DNA of 64,000 nt from contig JBFLZG010000062.1 of NCBI GenBank assembly GCA_040756235.1, forward strand, positions 32,001 to 96,000. Reading direction: 5' to 3'. Every line of letters begins with the position of its first letter. The stretch's first letter is position 1. A program made the position numbers and the translations under genes. This document shows positions 35,991 to 46,323 of the stretch, in pieces. Source of the DNA: a bacterium. Lineage in GTDB: Bacteria > Desulfobacterota > DSWW01. The notes below the pieces were generated by a model that worked only from the letters and a program-made list of their open reading frames with translations, searched no databases and had not been told where the DNA came from.

Positions 35991-36766
35991 AGTTGGCGAT
36001 CCCCACACCCAAGGAAATGGGCAGGAGGTCGTGGGAACGTGCTGCCCATTTCTTGATCTCCGTTCTACGCGTAACGCGATCAGACCGCCTTGATGTTGAC
36101 CTCCTGCTCCGCCGGACTTGACTCGTATCCGTCTCCAGATCGGCCAGAATCTCTTCTTCATCGTCAGGCCGAGCCCTGCAGGGGGTGCGAGCGGATCGGT
36201 GCAGGGATCTCCGATGGCCTCGCGATCGGCTGGGTCCGGGCGCGGTTGTACATGAAGGGGCAGTTGTCGACCGGGTGGGGGTTGGGTAACCGCCTGGAGA
36301 GGCGGGGGAAAGGATCGGAGCATTCACTGAAAAGTAGGGTCTCGAAATGCGAGATTGGGGCTCTTCCCCGCCACCCGCTACAGTCTTTGACTACCTTGCG
36401 TGAGCAACCCCTCGGTTTAGAATCGTTATGCGTCCGGAGGATGCAGCCTCGGGGGGTTCTCCCGGCCGACCCGGAGGAGTCGACCTCGCAACAGGGTCTC
36501 CAGGTGGATCCCTCTCAGTTCCGGAGCTTGGCGCTCCAACTCTGCACATCTCCCGAGACGCAAGAGAAGCCACAACCCGAGGCATGGGGCCGTTGTCTTC
36601 TCTCTGCAAGCTCGATCCATCCCAGTGCGCTCTTCAAGTCAGGCCGCACGCCTGAGATCTTCCCGTATGGCCACGAGAGCACAGTCAGCTGCGAATCGTG
36701 ATTGACTGCGACTTCGGCAAGCCAGTACCATTTCCGGGTGTCCACTCTTGTCTTCGAGGGGATGTA

Positions 36767-39754
36767 ATGAGCATCGCTGACGACCGGGCCGAGGGACCCG
36801 CCTGCAGGCAGGCTCTCGTTCTCGGCGGGATCAACCGTATCTTCCGGGAAGCGCTGACCTGCACCGCTGAAGAGGACTTGGAGCGCATCTGCCTTGCGGT
36901 GGCCGAGGAGGTCACTTCGAGCAAGTTCGGATTCCTGGGTGAGCTGGATGACGAGGGACGGAGCGATCTTGTGATCCGTGACTTCGGATGGGGCGGGTGT
37001 GGGATGGCCCATCTCATCGGCCACAGGATCGTGTGCGGAGGATCCCCCGTTCACGGCATTTACGGGCGGGTGCTTGCGGATGGCAAGGGCTTCTACACGA
37101 ACAGCCCATCTTCCCATCCGGACCGAGTCGGGCTGCCTGACGGACATCCGAAACTCGAGTCTTTCCTGGGGGTGCCGCTGATCGACGCAGGCAGGACGAT
37201 CGGCATGGTGGGCGTGGCGAACCGGCCCGGCGGCTATCGCGACGAAGACCTTCAGGCTCTTGAGGCCATTGCGCCGGCCGTGGTGCAGGCCCTTTCGCGC
37301 AAGAGGGCCGAACAGAAGCTGCGTGAAAGTGAGCACCGCTACAGGAGCCTCTTCGAGGACGATCTCACGGGTGATTTCGTCGCAACGCCTGGCGGCAAGA
37401 TCCTCGACTGCAATTCTGCATTCCTCGGGATCTTCGGCTTCGAGACCAAGGAGGAGGCGCTGAATACGGGTTTTGCGGCCCTCTATCCCAAACCTGAAGA
37501 GCGAGCAGCTTTTCTGAAGCTGCTGCGCCGGCACCGCAGGCTCGAGAACTATCGGTGCGTGCGCCGGAGACGGGATGGCTGCGACATACAAATCGTGGAG
37601 AACGTGGTCGGGGTTTTTGCCCCTTCAGGCGATCTCATCCAACTCAAAGGTTACGTGTACGACGACACGGATCGAAGCAGGGCAGAGGAGGCGCTCCGGG
37701 AGAGTGAGAAGCGCTATCGCTCCCTGGTCGATCTGGCCCCTGACGCGGTCGTGGTGCACCGGGGAGGGCGCTTTCTCTACGCCAACGACAGTGCGCTGAA
37801 GCTCCTCGGGGCCAAGAGTTTCGAGGAGCTGTCCGGGGTCAACGTGATCGACATGATGTGGAATGACGATCGCCAGAGAGTGCTCGAGCGGATACGGGCA
37901 GTCGAGGGGGGCTCGAAGGCCCCTTTGGCAGAGTTCAATGTATTGCGGTTGAATGGAGAGGTCGTACCCATCGAGTCGACCGCCGCCCCAATTGAGTGGC
38001 AGGGCAAACCCGCCGTGCAGGTGATCGGCCGCGACATCACCGAGCGAAAGCGTGCTGAGAAACGTCTGGCGGCGGACCTGGACGCCCTCACCCGGATGCA
38101 CGCCCTGAGCACGAGATCTCTGGAGCTTGGCGGACTGGAATCGCTCCTGCAGGAGATCATGGAAACAGCGGTGGCGATTGTGGATGCCGAACAGGGGACC
38201 CTGCGGCTGGTAGAGGGCAATGCGCTGCGCAGGGTGGCCCACCGTGGCCACGACCCCTCGTTTCTCGAGTTCTTCGCCACCGCCGAAAATCGTGCTTCCG
38301 TCTGCGTGGAGGCTTTGAAGCTCCGCGGGCGAGTGATCGTGGAGGACGTGGAAGCGAGCCCCCTTTTCGCTGGCACGCCTTCGCTGGAAGTGCTGAGGCA
38401 GGCCGGTGTGCGATCTGTGCAGTCCACGCCCTTGCTCAGCCGTACGGGCGTTGTGCTCGGCACCCTCACGACTCATTGGGACGTCCCTCATGTGCCCGAC
38501 GAGCACGACCTGTGGCGGCTCGACCTGCTCGCCCGTCAGGCAGCGGACCTGATCGAGCGGTCGCGGGCTGAAGAAGCCTTGCGCCAGAGTGAAGAGAAGG
38601 CCCGCCGGCGCGCCGAGGAATTGGCCAGACTGATGGACTTGGTGCCCAACGCGGTGTGGGTGTCCAACGATCCCGAGTGTGCCGTGATTACCGGCAATCG
38701 TGCTGCCCAGGGGTTGTACGAGGCTTCCGCAGAGGAGAATCTCTCCGCCGGTGCGATCGGCGGCGATCCGGACTTCACGCGGCGTTTCTTCCGGGACGGA
38801 AGAGAGCTCAGGCCCGAGGAACTGCCCATGCAACAGGCTGCGGCAAAAGGTACTGAAGTGCGGGCTTGCGAATTGGATGTGCTGCTGCCCAGCGGAAGAA
38901 TGCTGACCATGCTCGGCAACGCAAGCCCGCTGTTCGATGCCCGCGGTGCGGCCCGCGGCAGTATCTCGGCCTTTCTGGACATCACGGATCGCAAGCGCAT
39001 GGAGGATGATCTTCGCAGGTCGCGGGACGAGCTGGAGGAACGGGTGCAGGAGCGCACGGCAGAGCTGGCGAAGGTCAATGAAGAGCTCCGACACCTTTCT
39101 GCCAAAGTGCTGGCGTCGCTGGAGAACGAGAGGCGCTTTCTGGCCAAGGAGATCCACGACAGCGTTGGCCAGATCCTGGTTGCGGTCAAGTACAGGGTGG
39201 AGGAGGCGCTGCTGCAGGTTGGGAAAGGAAGAAACAGGGCCAGGTTGAAATCTCTCGAGGACGTGATCCCCGTGCTGCAAAAGAGCGTGGAAGAAGTGCG
39301 GAGAGTCCAGATGTCCCTGCGCCCATCCATGCTGGACGACTTCGGCCTGCTGGCGACGATCCACTGGTTCTGCCGCGAATACCAGGTGACATTCCCCCGG
39401 CTGCGTTTGCAGACGGAGCTTCACCTGCGGGAAAGCGATCTGCCGGAGCCGCTGAAGATCGTGATCTTCAGGATCATCCAGGAAGCGATGAACAACGCTG
39501 GCAAGCACAGCAAGGCAAGCCAAGTGCGGCTACGACTCGCAGAGACGGATGGCACGATCGAGCTGACCGTGCGGGACGACGGTGAAGGCTTCGATGTGGC
39601 GAAGGCCCTTACGGTGGGTCCCTTCGGGAGAGGCTTGGGCCTGTCCAGTATGAGGGAAAGGGCCGAGCATTCCGGTGGCTCTTTGCGCGTCGAATCCGCT
39701 GAGGATGAGGGGACGACCGTTCGCGCCTTCTGGCCTCTGGGGATCACTCGCTGA
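36767..39754 (+). CDS. Cytoplasmic GAF-PAS-PAS-GAF-PAS sensor histidine kinase (HisKA_3, NarX/UhpB type)
   Basis: GLPDGHP...FLGVPL GAF, DITERKRAE PAC motifs, EIHDSVGQ H-box, FRIIQEAMNN and DDGEGFD...GLGL. Confidence 0.93.
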   Translation: MSIADDRAEGPACRQALVLGGINRIFREALTCTAEEDLERICLAVAEEVTSSKFGFLGELDDEGRSDLVIRDFGWGGCGMAHLIGHRIVCGGSPVHGIYGRVLADGKGFYTNSPSSHPDRVGLPDGHPKLESFLGVPLIDAGRTIGMVGVANRPGGYRDEDLQALEAIAPAVVQALSRKRAEQKLRESEHRYRSLFEDDLTGDFVATPGGKILDCNSAFLGIFGFETKEEALNTGFAALYPKPEERAAFLKLLRRHRRLENYRCVRRRRDGCDIQIVENVVGVFAPSGDLIQLKGYVYDDTDRSRAEEALRESEKRYRSLVDLAPDAVVVHRGGRFLYANDSALKLLGAKSFEELSGVNVIDMMWNDDRQRVLERIRAVEGGSKAPLAEFNVLRLNGEVVPIESTAAPIEWQGKPAVQVIGRDITERKRAEKRLAADLDALTRMHALSTRSLELGGLESLLQEIMETAVAIVDAEQGTLRLVEGNALRRVAHRGHDPSFLEFFATAENRASVCVEALKLRGRVIVEDVEASPLFAGTPSLEVLRQAGVRSVQSTPLLSRTGVVLGTLTTHWDVPHVPDEHDLWRLDLLARQAADLIERSRAEEALRQSEEKARRRAEELARLMDLVPNAVWVSNDPECAVITGNRAAQGLYEASAEENLSAGAIGGDPDFTRRFFRDGRELRPEELPMQQAAAKGTEVRACELDVLLPSGRMLTMLGNASPLFDARGAARGSISAFLDITDRKRMEDDLRRSRDELEERVQERTAELAKVNEELRHLSAKVLASLENERRFLAKEIHDSVGQILVAVKYRVEEALLQVGKGRNRARLKSLEDVIPVLQKSVEEVRRVQMSLRPSMLDDFGLLATIHWFCREYQVTFPRLRLQTELHLRESDLPEPLKIVIFRIIQEAMNNAGKHSKASQVRLRLAETDGTIELTVRDDGEGFDVAKALTVGPFGRGLGLSSMRERAEHSGGSLRVESAEDEGTTVRAFWPLGITR

Positions 39755-39971
39755 TGACGTCCCGCAGGGGACTCGCGAGGATACCCCGACGGTTTCGTTT
39801 CCGTCAGCCCGTCTGATCCGGATCTCGAGGCTGCGGCTGGCCTGGCGGTGAAGAGTACCCGGCAAGTTGCTGCAGAAGACATCTGCGACAGCCGTTGTGG
39901 ACTTTTTGCGCGGGCTGTTAGAGACTCACGGCATCACCTTTGAGGGGCTCATGAATAGACGAGAAGAGAGA

Positions 39972-40553
39972 ATGAATGATCCCTCCAGACGGGTCGTGGT
40001 GGGGATCAGCGGCGCCAGCGGCGTGATCTATGGGCTCGAGATGCTGAGGGTCCTCAAAAGGCTCGGCTACCGGGGCCACGCGGTGATTACAAGAGATGCC
40101 CGCAAGACCTTCCTCCTGGAGACCGAATACACACTGCAGGAGGTCGAGGCGGCGGCGGCGGCGGTTTATGATCCGGACGATCTGATGGCGCCCATCTCCA
40201 GCGGCTCTTTCCTCACCGCGGGCATGGTGGTCATTCCCTGCACCATTCAGACCCTCTCGGCCGTCGCTCATTCCCACGATGCCAATCTGCTGGTGAGAGC
40301 AGCCGACGTCACGCTGAAGGAGCGGCGTCCTTTGATCCTGGTGGTGCGGGAAACCCCGCTCCACCAAGGCCACCTGAGGCTGATGCTGGACGCATCGTCC
40401 ATGGGAGCCGTCATTCTGCCGCCTGTTCCCGCCTTCTATCACAGACCCAAGACGATCGAAGACCTTGTCCGGCACACGGTGGGCAAGGTGTTGGACTGCC
40501 TCCGCATCCCGCATGATCTTTTCCGACGCTGGGAGGGACCGCCGGCCACCTGA
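39972..40553 (+). CDS. ubiX: Flavin prenyltransferase UbiX
   Basis: GISGASG, ISSGSF, RAADVTLKERR, RETP and PAFY. Confidence 0.95.
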   Translation: MNDPSRRVVVGISGASGVIYGLEMLRVLKRLGYRGHAVITRDARKTFLLETEYTLQEVEAAAAAVYDPDDLMAPISSGSFLTAGMVVIPCTIQTLSAVAHSHDANLLVRAADVTLKERRPLILVVRETPLHQGHLRLMLDASSMGAVILPPVPAFYHRPKTIEDLVRHTVGKVLDCLRIPHDLFRRWEGPPAT

Positions 40554-40616
40554 TGCGGCTGTCAGCCGATCAGAACGTCTCTCGTGCCTGCGCAGGCTTG
40601 CGCACACGAGGGCGCC

Positions 40617-42002
40617 TCAAGTGGGTAGGGGGGTGACGGCGGTCCGAGGCTCGCGGGCCAGCGGACTCTCGGCTGAAGGATGCGCGGGCGTTTGGCCGGA
40701 GGCGGCCGAATCCCCGGTGTCGGGGGTTGCGGGCAGGGTAAAGAAGAAGGTCGCTCCTTCCCCCTTCCGGCTCTTCACCCAGATATCGCCTCGATAACGG
40801 TTGACGATCTCCTTGCAGATGGCCAGCCCGAGCCCTGTCCCTTCCGGCTTGCCCGTCATGTGGTCTTCACAGACCTGATAGAACCGGTCGAAGACCGTAT
40901 CCAGGTTCTTCTCTTCGATCCCGATTCCTTTGTCCGCCACGCTGACCCGCAGCCACTCCCTGGGGTCTCCGGATCGCAAGCCCTGGAACGGCTCGACCCG
41001 GATCAGGATCCTTCCGCCTTCGAAGGAGAACTTGAGGGCGTTGCTCAGCAGGTTCGTCACCACCTGCTGGATCCTGTCGCGGTCCGCAAAGACCGACGGA
41101 AGCGGCTGAGGGACCTCCAGGGAGAGTTGCAGGCGCTTCTGCGAAAGAAGCTGGCCCAGTGCGTCTGCCGCGTCCCGGATGATGTCTCCGAGAGAACAGG
41201 GAGCGTCGTTCCAGATCATCTTGCCGGCGCCGATCCGGCTGAGCTCGAGAACGTCGTTGATGAGGCGCGTGAGCCGCATGGATTCGGAGTGGATGATGCG
41301 CAGGAATTCCCTTTGTGTGGCAGGATCCATCTCGTTGTAATCGAGAAGGATCTCCGAAAAAGAGCGGATCGAGGTGAGCGGAGTGCGGAATTCGTGTGAG
41401 ACCGACGACAGGAAGTGGTCCTTCATCTGGTCCAGCTCGGTGAGCTCCTGGTAAGCCCTTTCCAGGTCCAGGGTCCTTTCTTTGACTCTCTGCTCCAGCA
41501 CGTCGTTGAGGTCCCTGACGGCCTGCGCGGCGGCCTTGCGCTCCTTGACTTCCAGGCGAAGCCGCCGGACCACCGTCTTGAGCGCGGCCGTGCGATCCTT
41601 CACCAGCTCCTGCAGATGGTCCCGATAGTTCTGAAGCTCTTTTTCGGTGTCTTTCTGATTCGTAATGTCCATGAAATTGCCGAGGACCGCACGTGATCCT
41701 CGGTACTCGATGGGCACGACCGTCTCCAAGATCCATTTCGTCTGCTCTCCTTTGGTGATGGTTCGGAACTGATAGGGGGTCAGGGACATTCCTTTGAGCA
41801 TCTCTGCGGCACATCGCCTGACTCGGTCTCTATCCTCCGGTTGAACCATGTCCAGGGAGACGGTGCCCAGGAGATCTTGCGCACTGTAGCCGGAAATTCT
41901 CTCGAATTCGGAATTGACGAACTGGAATCTCTTGTCCTGGATGACGTAGATCCCGATAGGGGAATTGCCGAAGAGCTGCGGGAGGATCTCCTCCATTTCC
42001 AT
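40617..42002 (-). CDS. PAS-domain sensor histidine kinase (HisKA/HATPase)
   Basis: PAS/PAC, coiled coil, SHEFRTPLTSI, NLLSNALKF, DKGIGI and GTGLGLAIC; start set at MEMEEIL. Confidence 0.92.
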   Translation of the reverse strand: MEMEEILPQLFGNSPIGIYVIQDKRFQFVNSEFERISGYSAQDLLGTVSLDMVQPEDRDRVRRCAAEMLKGMSLTPYQFRTITKGEQTKWILETVVPIEYRGSRAVLGNFMDITNQKDTEKELQNYRDHLQELVKDRTAALKTVVRRLRLEVKERKAAAQAVRDLNDVLEQRVKERTLDLERAYQELTELDQMKDHFLSSVSHEFRTPLTSIRSFSEILLDYNEMDPATQREFLRIIHSESMRLTRLINDVLELSRIGAGKMIWNDAPCSLGDIIRDAADALGQLLSQKRLQLSLEVPQPLPSVFADRDRIQQVVTNLLSNALKFSFEGGRILIRVEPFQGLRSGDPREWLRVSVADKGIGIEEKNLDTVFDRFYQVCEDHMTGKPEGTGLGLAICKEIVNRYRGDIWVKSRKGEGATFFFTLPATPDTGDSAASGQTPAHPSAESPLAREPRTAVTPLPT

Positions 42003-42456
42003 GGTGCTGGCCCTCGTCCGTCGCGGCGTGCTCTTGGAGGTTCGTGACGCTGCGCCCTGCAGTCGTTCCCTGCCTGGCCCTTCGGGATCCGGTCTTCGGT
42101 TGCTTGCGGCGGGATTGGCTGCCGCAGAGTATCCACGGCGGTCCCGGGTCTCGGGACGCTCCAGAAGATCCAGGCATGCTTGCGGCGAGGGCGCACAGAG
42201 CGGGGATGCTTGCCGCTCTGCCTCTGAATCGGTCAACTCTCCGGCAACCTTTAGAAATTTGCACCGCCGGGTGTCATCCGGAAGTCGCAAGTGTCCGATG
42301 GATCAGGATGGGGAAGTCATGAGGGGAAGTCATGAGAGGACGGATTCCCGCGTGATCGTTGCCGCCGAACCGGAAGGGCAAGTCGGTGGGAGCGGACAAC
42401 GGGACCTCGGGGAGCTCCGGACTCGGGCAACCTCCGGGACAGGGAAAGGATAGAGC

Positions 42457-44160
42457 GTGAGCGAGGGGAGCTCTTTCGAAGCTTCGGCAAGGCTCGGCGT
42501 CCGGCTGCTCACCGCCGGCATCTGTCTTTGTCTCTGCTGTTGCGGCGAAACGAAGGGCGGCGGAGAGCCGCGCTATGAGCCGCAGCGTCTCGCCCAGGGG
42601 CTCGCAGGGTTCCGTCGTCTGCCCATGGAGAACGGCTGGCACGAGCAGCGATTCAACGTCATCTCGATGGTGGAATTCGACGGCCGACTGTATGCCGGAA
42701 CACAGAGAAAGCGCGATCTGGAGGCCGACCCTCCGGTGGACGGCGGGTTGGAGGTGCTCTGCATCTGCCCGGAGGGTGACCTGTGGAAGTGGCAGCAGGT
42801 TGCTCCCACGGGCTTCGAAACCGGAAACGGCCTCGGGTTCCACAATTTCAGCGTGACCGGCATGCAGGTCTTCGGAGGCCGCCTTTACGTGGGCACGTGG
42901 AACGATGGGACCGGCGCCGAGCTTTGGCGCACCCGTGCCGGCATCCTCCGCCCGGAGACCCTCGAGGACTGGGAGCGCGTGGACCCGGGATCGTTCTCCG
43001 GGCACGCGGTCACCTCGATGGCCGCGTTCCACGACCACCTCTATGCCGGCATCTTTACGCAACCGGTCCCGATCTTCAGTCCGGGCTGCGCGGTCTGGAG
43101 GAGCGCGGACGGAGAGAGGTGGGCCCGGGTGAGCTTCGACGGCTTCCTGGACCCCTTCAACTCGGACGCGACCACCCTTGTCGTCCACGACGATGGCCTG
43201 TACGTGGGCACGGAGAACGGCTATTTCTACAGCAACCTGCGAGCAGGGACCGGTACGGAAATCTGGCGCACCGGCGGCGCGGACCTGCCCTGGGCCCTGT
43301 TTGACTGGCGCCAGGTCAACCGTGACGGGTTCGGGGTGAATGGCGGCAACGTATTCAACCAGAACACGACCATGATGATCTCCCACAATGGCGTCTTGTA
43401 CGCGGGAACGGACAACGCATACACCGGCGCAGAGTTGTGGCGCTACGACGGAATCGCATGGGAACGGGTCGTCTTCGACTCCAGCCGAACCAGGAACACC
43501 CTGTCCGTGACGTACCATTCCGGCGTGTTGTTCGGTGGGGATCTCTATCTGGGCACGGTGAACCCCTTTACCGGCGGTGAGGTCTGGAAGTGGAACGGGA
43601 GCGTGTGGAGCCGGGTCAATGAGCCCGGGTTTGGCGACGGACACGGAGTTGCCGGCGCTCCGGTCGTGTATGGCGACCGGCTGATCGTCGTAGGCAACGG
43701 CGGGCCCGAGGGCGCAACGCTCTATGCCTTGAGCGGTTCCTACCCCTTGGATCAGGACCGCGACGGCGTTGCGGATGACGGGGACGATTGCCCGACTCTG
43801 GCGAACCCCGCACAAGCGGACCGCGACGGCAACGGAGTCGGAGACGACTGCCAGGACGACGACGCAGACGGGGTGCCCGTGCGCTATGACTGCAACGATC
43901 GCGACAGCGCTGTTCATCCCGGGGCCGGCGACCCCTGCAGCGACGGCGCGGACCGGGATTGCGATGGCAGGGACGCGGGCGGTTGGGAGTGGGATGACGA
44001 CGGCATCGACAGCAACTGCAACAGCTCCGACAACTGCGGGACGGTGCCGGTCGCAGGCCCCGGGCGGGGGACCACGGCCGTGCTGTTCCCCTGGGTTCTT
44101 GCGGCGGTGTTCATCGGCTGCCTGAAGGCCCTGGCACGCCGTTCTTCGCGCATCGGATGA
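42457..44160 (+). CDS. Secreted beta-propeller-like protein with TSP3 Ca-binding repeats, MopE-like motif and C-terminal membrane anchor
   Basis: About six (F/H)xGxLY(A/V)GT...G(A/T)E(L/I/V)WR blades; DQDRDGVADDGDDCP...NPAQADRDGNGVGDDC; DCNDRD...HPGA; terminal TM helix plus basic tail. Confidence 0.8.
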   Translation: MSEGSSFEASARLGVRLLTAGICLCLCCCGETKGGGEPRYEPQRLAQGLAGFRRLPMENGWHEQRFNVISMVEFDGRLYAGTQRKRDLEADPPVDGGLEVLCICPEGDLWKWQQVAPTGFETGNGLGFHNFSVTGMQVFGGRLYVGTWNDGTGAELWRTRAGILRPETLEDWERVDPGSFSGHAVTSMAAFHDHLYAGIFTQPVPIFSPGCAVWRSADGERWARVSFDGFLDPFNSDATTLVVHDDGLYVGTENGYFYSNLRAGTGTEIWRTGGADLPWALFDWRQVNRDGFGVNGGNVFNQNTTMMISHNGVLYAGTDNAYTGAELWRYDGIAWERVVFDSSRTRNTLSVTYHSGVLFGGDLYLGTVNPFTGGEVWKWNGSVWSRVNEPGFGDGHGVAGAPVVYGDRLIVVGNGGPEGATLYALSGSYPLDQDRDGVADDGDDCPTLANPAQADRDGNGVGDDCQDDDADGVPVRYDCNDRDSAVHPGAGDPCSDGADRDCDGRDAGGWEWDDDGIDSNCNSSDNCGTVPVAGPGRGTTAVLFPWVLAAVFIGCLKALARRSSRIG

Positions 44161-44229
44161 TGGGTGCGCACGAGGAAGGTCGGGGCGGGTTCGGGACGGA
44201 CCATGCGGAAGGCGTGCAATTGATCCTGC

Positions 44230-44928
44230 CTACTCCCCCTTCTGCCTCTCCGGCCGCATGGACCTGAACATCCAGTAAAAGACGAACAGGATCGCCGTGA
44301 ACATGAAGCAGAATCCGATGAAGCGGAGACTTTGCGAAGGGTCCGTCAGGGATATCGCAAGGTCCCCGAGCACCATTCGAGGGTGAAGCAGCAGGTCCCA
44401 GCTGTTGAAACGCCGGAAACGTCCCAGGTACACGCCCACTCCGCTCCCTGCCAGAGTCATCACGACGAACAGCCAGCCCGCGATCCGCCCAAAGAATTCT
44501 TGAACGAGGGACTGCATGGTTCTGAGGGAGGCGACTGCCAGGAAGCAGCCGGTCCAGGCGAAGGCCGCGATCAGACCGATGTCATACCACAGGGGCACCG
44601 GCGGACGATGCTGCAAGTGATAGAAGTCCGTCACCATGTACGGAGCGTTCGGGAAGAAGATCAGCCACAACGCTCCGGGGAACAGCAGGATCCAGCTGCG
44701 CGCGGGGTGCAAGCGGTAGAGATACGCTGCCAGGATGCTGCATCCGTAAGGCAGCCAGGCCAGGAAGAGGTTCCAGATGAGGTTCTTGTAGTAGAGATTG
44801 TAGCTGTAGAAGACCCGAAATAGGTAGAAGCCGCACGCGAGAACGGTGGACAGCAGGATCGGGTAAAAGGACTGAGCTGCCAGGAACCGGTGAATTCGGA
44901 TGTACTTCGCGTCGGCGGACGACTTCAA
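44230..44928 (-). CDS. DUF1361-family membrane protein
   Basis: WNLFLAWLP, FFPNAPYMVTD and GVYLGRFRRFNSWD. Confidence 0.88.
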   Translation of the reverse strand: MKSSADAKYIRIHRFLAAQSFYPILLSTVLACGFYLFRVFYSYNLYYKNLIWNLFLAWLPYGCSILAAYLYRLHPARSWILLFPGALWLIFFPNAPYMVTDFYHLQHRPPVPLWYDIGLIAAFAWTGCFLAVASLRTMQSLVQEFFGRIAGWLFVVMTLAGSGVGVYLGRFRRFNSWDLLLHPRMVLGDLAISLTDPSQSLRFIGFCFMFTAILFVFYWMFRSMRPERQKGE

Positions 44929-45281
44929 GAGCTCGATGCCTTCTCAGGGGGTGATCCGGATCAATAGCCTCCCATTGAACGTACCAACGAAGCCCGCGCG
45001 GATCAACGGCGGACCTGTGTGGGTGTCGTGCGATGAGGATCAAAGCAAACGGATTCAGAGACTTGGAACGTTTCCGCGGGGCCGGTACGGGAAACCAATG
45101 ATCGGCCTCCGCATCAGATTTTAAGGGTTGGCGCAAGAATGACTTCGCAGGAGAGGACCTGAACTTCTGGCGCGAACCCTGAGGTCGAGACTGCGCCGGA
45201 CGTCATGGCCGAGCGGCGCGCCGGACAGTTTTTTTGCGCTTTGTGGATCAACGGCTATCATCCAAAAGAGGAGGAAACAAC

Positions 45282-46004
45282 ATGAAGAAAGCCATACTTC
45301 CCGTGGTGCTTTCGGGCGCGTTGCTCGTTGCGGGCGCCGGCATGGCACAGCAGACCGAGCCGGGGCAAGAGCAACAGGGGCAGTCGCAGTCCTGGCAAGG
45401 GTCGCAGGAGCAGACGCAGCCGCAGCAAAGCGGGGCGCCGACCGGGCAGGGCGAGGCAGCTGGGCTTTCCTCGTCGACCGTGCGCCAGCTCCAGCAGGAG
45501 CTGCAGACCAAGGGATACAACCCCGGTCCGATCGATGGGCAATGGGGGCCCAAGACCTCTCAGGCTCTGACGGAATTCCAGCGCTCCGAGGGTCTCAGCC
45601 CGACCGGGAGCCCCGGCCAGGACACGCTTCAAGCATTGGGCATCCAGGAAGGCGGCCAGGGAGTTCGCGGCTACTACGGAGAGGAGGGGCCTGGCAGCCA
45701 GAAGGGCTCCGAGGGCCGCCAGCCCGGGTCGCAGGGCACGCAACCGGAAATCGGGAGCCCTGAACCGGGTTCGCCGAGCGGTGGCCCTGAGAGTAGCGGC
45801 GAACCCACTCAGGGAACGCACGGATACTACCCCCCTGAGGAGCCGGGCTCCCAGCGCAGCGAAGATTTAGGCGGTCAGGGATCGTTCCCGGGGGGATCCG
45901 GCGGCACGGAAAGCGGTACCATGGGCGGCGGGTCGGCGGGCGGCAGCCCCGGATCGGCCGGCAGCGGCGCCGGAGGAGCGGGTGGAGGCGGAGGCGGCAT
46001 GTAG
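45282..46004 (+). CDS. Secreted peptidoglycan-binding domain protein with low-complexity G/S/Q tails
   Basis: Signal peptide; VRQLQQELQTKGYNPGPIDGQWGPKTSQALTEFQRSEGL (PG_binding_1-like); strong RBS. Confidence 0.88.
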   Translation: MKKAILPVVLSGALLVAGAGMAQQTEPGQEQQGQSQSWQGSQEQTQPQQSGAPTGQGEAAGLSSSTVRQLQQELQTKGYNPGPIDGQWGPKTSQALTEFQRSEGLSPTGSPGQDTLQALGIQEGGQGVRGYYGEEGPGSQKGSEGRQPGSQGTQPEIGSPEPGSPSGGPESSGEPTQGTHGYYPPEEPGSQRSEDLGGQGSFPGGSGGTESGTMGGGSAGGSPGSAGSGAGGAGGGGGGM

Positions 46005-46044
46005 GGGCAAGTCCATCACAGCCGCAATTTGGGCCGTATCGAAG

Positions 46045-46076
46045 GAGGGAGGCTTGACGCGCTCCCTCTTTTTTTT
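46045..46076 (+). terminator. Rho-independent terminator
   Basis: GAGGGAG...CTCCCTC stem followed by T8. Confidence 0.8.
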
Positions 46077-46323
46077 GGCACGCAGCCGTCCGGGACCTCG
46101 GCGCACGTGGGCGGATGCGAAGGCCCCGCCGACTGCAACCCTAGATCTCGGCCTCGCGTCGGGCCTGCCCGGACGCAGAGCGCACCCGGCGCTCCCGCTC
46201 CCCAGCGGCGGGGACCGTTCCCTGCGGCAGCGTCGGAGCGAATGGGAGCATCGAAATCTTTGGGGGGTGGGGGCTTCGGCCGATGCGGGCCGCGGGTTGG
46301 AGGCAACAACCAGGAGGAATGCA

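Noticed and set aside
45221..45240. Possible sigma-54 site upstream of the peptidoglycan-binding gene
   Set aside because: GG-to-GC spacing is 11 nt rather than the required 10.
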